A stretch of 63,326 nucleotides of DNA, counting the filler, from Asterionella formosa (Eukaryota): NCBI GenBank assembly GCA_002256025.1. It is 4 parts of 4 records of this genome, joined end to end, with 100 filler letters (N's around TTAATTAATTAA, not from the genome) between each part and the next. Parts side by side here need not be neighbours in the genome. Positions count along the whole stretch, not along the records: positions 33,680 to 63,326 come from NKIB01000989.1; 3 more parts are not named here. One strand, written 5' to 3'. Below the pieces are notes generated by a model that saw only the letters and a list, made by a program, of their open reading frames with translations, had not been told where the DNA came from and ran no database searches. The number at the start of each line of letters is the position of its first letter. Within the stretch, counting starts at the first letter, position 1. This document shows positions 60,624-63,326 of this stretch, in pieces. The position numbers were made by a program, and so were the translations under genes.

Positions 60624-61463
60624 GGTCCCTAGACGAGCACCGGTAGTAATGCTGTATTTAGACTCTCTGGTGTATGCTCTTGGGTCTGCCACTATTGGGG
60701 TTAAGTTACCTTTGTCCCACTGGAACAAATACCTCCGTCTGTTTTAGACTTCACTAGTCTACCTGGTACCATACTGTGCATATAATACACTGTGTAGATA
60801 TCTAGATCTGTACGAACAACGGTACCAGGGGTACCCTGGTACCAGTACCAGGTACAATGTCGCAATTGTAACACAGTGGTCGGAAATCCTATCCTTTCAA
60901 AGTCAGTCCCGTATAGATTGTGTTAAGACCAAGGAAGGCGATGGGATCGATTAAATGAAGTACCGTATACTTCAATGTCCTAGACCCCCTATGGTTGCTG
61001 GACCCCCCTGTACATTTTTCTCGAGGTGGAACCAAACACCCAAAAATTTTCTTGTCATAGACAAAGTAAAATGCTGTAATTCTTTTTGTCCTCGTAGGCA
61101 GTAGTATATAATTATTTAGCCACCATTTTGCGATTCTTTTGTTCATACAAAACACAAGAGACGACAGGTAGTGGCTGTGAGCAGCTGGAGAATCCTTTAT
61201 GATGTTGTCGCAACCTTGACCATGACGAAAATACGAATTATCTCCACGAAAATAGAGAACGACGCTTTGCTACTTGCTACCAGTATTAAGAACGACATGG
61301 AAAATACAATCGTAAAAGAAGAAAAGTAATAACACTAATAATGACAACGAAAATTGAGATCGCCGATAACAACATGAAGTCGCGTTTTTCTTGCGAGGTG
61401 AAGAACTCTCTCATTTTTCACAAGACGGAAATAATTGTCATATTAAATAATACATCTTAAAAT

Positions 61464-62398
61464 AGGGTCGTTCTTATCATTTTCGATTTGGTATCATTTT
61501 TTTGAAAAAGTATCATGTAACGGCTACTCGATTTAAACCGAAAAAATCCATTCTCCACAAAAATAAAAATGAAATTGTATCACCAAAAAGTATCACGAAA
61601 ATTCAACGGTTACGGGCTGGCTACAAACATGTGCTTTTCCTTCCTGACTTCCGGTACATAATGATGCCAAACCAGTCCTCAAACCACACAAGAAATCTAC
61701 GCGAATTATGTATATGGACTACTATAGTCAATTGTATTTGGACATGTTTTTGTTGTAGTCACGTGATCATTTTCGTATTCTATTGCCTAGTACGTGCTGG
61801 ACGAGTGATAGTAGAATGTACCGGTAGTGACACCCAAAGCCAAAGTATTTGCACAGCTAGTATATGTCGTAGTCACGTGATCATTTTCGTATTCTATTGC
61901 CTAGTACCTTGTCATGAATTCCCGGACCAGGTACCAGGGTACCAGGTACCTGGTACTGGTACCAGGTACCTGTAATTAGATAGCGGGTATGTCTCTATGC
62001 ACATGACTCAATCTGTTCAATTCTCGACTCAGTGGTTTTCGTCCTTTGGTGTTGTGGCTGAACATTACCACACACGGCCGCTATAATGATTGTATTGTGC
62101 TTCTTTGATGCACACCATAATAATTTTTGTGTATATTATATGGATGTCAATAAAAGTACTGCCCTGCAGGCGTATTATCGGTTATTTTATCAGTGACAAC
62201 GGAAATGATACCCGCGTGAAAACGTCAGTATCACTGATACCGTTTTTGGAGGCAAAAAAAGGTATCAATTTTGTATCAATGATACAAAATTGATACCATC
62301 AAGTTACCGTTGCTGATACCGTGTTTTGATACCAACCGTCATTTTTTGCCCACAACCCGGAAATGATACAGCAAATTCGGAATGATAAGAACGACCCT
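61464..62398. mobile_element. Non-autonomous TIR DNA transposon (MITE-like, ~935 bp)
   Basis: Perfect 18 bp TIR: agggtcgttcttatcatt (61464-61481) and aatgataagaacgaccct (62381-62398), extending imperfectly to ~35 bp. Many subterminal GTATCA/TGATAC motifs, no transposase ORF and no clear TSD. Confidence 0.85.
61755..61907. repeat. 39 bp direct repeat inside the TIR element
   Basis: gtagtcacgtgatcattttcgtattctattgcctagtac at 61755-61793 and 61869-61907. Confidence 0.9.
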
Positions 62399-63326
62399 TA
62401 GAAAAATTTGCGCTATCCTGTAGAACTAAAGAAATTTACTTAGGACCATTTCGCATTTGAAGGATTATGCATACAACATACCAAATTGCTACGTGAGCGT
62501 CGGCTTACTCGAAAAAATGCGTTTTCAATGATTTACATACACGTGAACATATACCGGTAATCGGTTTCTGTAATTAAAGTTTTAGCATTTAAATAAATTA
62601 ATCGAAACCAATTTAACATACGCATACGGATATCCATTGCATACATGTACAAATCGCCGACTGCTGTTTCACATCGGCCGGCCAGTCAAATATTTGCGGG
62701 AAACCAAACACAACAAGCCACTATCATAATTATAACCTGAAAAGAATAATTGTCGTTATGTATACTTTCTACGGTTGTTGCACCTACACGGACCATGCCA
62801 CCTGATGTTTAACGGTTACAATTCCCAAAACGATCATACCGTCGTTTTCTTCCTTCCCATCATCGCCACTTTCGGGGTTGCACATTCCATAATTGAACGC
62901 AAGTTGCAGTTGTTCTACTGTTATATCGTACTTTGTACGTATGTTGAGAATATGTGGTTCGAAGAAAAATGGGTCCTCATGCATCTGCATTTTGCTCGAG
63001 ATCGCTACAAGTGAAAATCGAAAAATCCCAAAAACGGTTTTTTCAAATGTAGTTGCCAATTTTCATCTTTCTATATACCGTATAATGAATGCATGATTCT
63101 GTAGCTGAGAGCAAGCCGCACAACAGGGCAATTGAGCCGGAGAAAATCGTAGGAGTCAAAATGGCCCCGGATAAATTTGAATTATCGATGCAACTGTTAC
63201 TACCGTAAATACCGGAAGTTAAACTCCACTGGGAGATAAGCTGCAAGGACGGAATTTTTGGAACATCGTATAAACACAAACTGCTGGGAGTCAAGCTCCA
63301 CGTAACCGAAATACTATGTATTGCGT

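Noticed and set aside
62775..63326. Short ORFs at the right edge
   Set aside because: They overlap on both strands, have no motifs and are truncated by the window end.

Overview
Eukaryotic nuclear DNA, most likely a diatom. Support: short GT-AG introns, bipartite plastid-targeting N-termini, a CryptonS-type element and a diatom-typical protein family. The window is a draft assembly of four pieces (1-29652, 29753-31616, 31716-33579, 33680-63326) joined by artificial N-TTAATTAATTAA-N linkers, with three further N gaps, so adjacency across the linkers is not evidence of linkage. Recognisable genes: cold-shock protein, M43 metallopeptidase (frameshifted), UAP56/SUB2, two alpha2delta-like VWA membrane proteins, FadH, a fucosyltransferase-like protein, trypsin, a PGRL1 fragment, SAC3/GANP, BUB3, RNase II, a CRTISO-like enzyme, EPSP synthase, a Sel1 protein and a tandem HVA22/REEP protein. 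Mobile or repetitive DNA: a decayed Crypton, a ~935 bp TIR element, a probable LINE 3' remnant, a ~90 bp satellite and GGTACC/CCWGG arrays near promoters. The most unusual signal is a ~340-440 bp repeat family (33680-36960, with a fragment at 30754). Its minus strand folds into a ~200 nt rod with five CGAG/CGAG-type tandem G-A internal loops at ~16 nt spacing, and shorter copies show a compensatory substitution. The second is a VWA receptor-like pair with divergent ectodomains but near-identical TM/cytoplasmic tails. All family calls are from motif recognition by eye; no searches were run.
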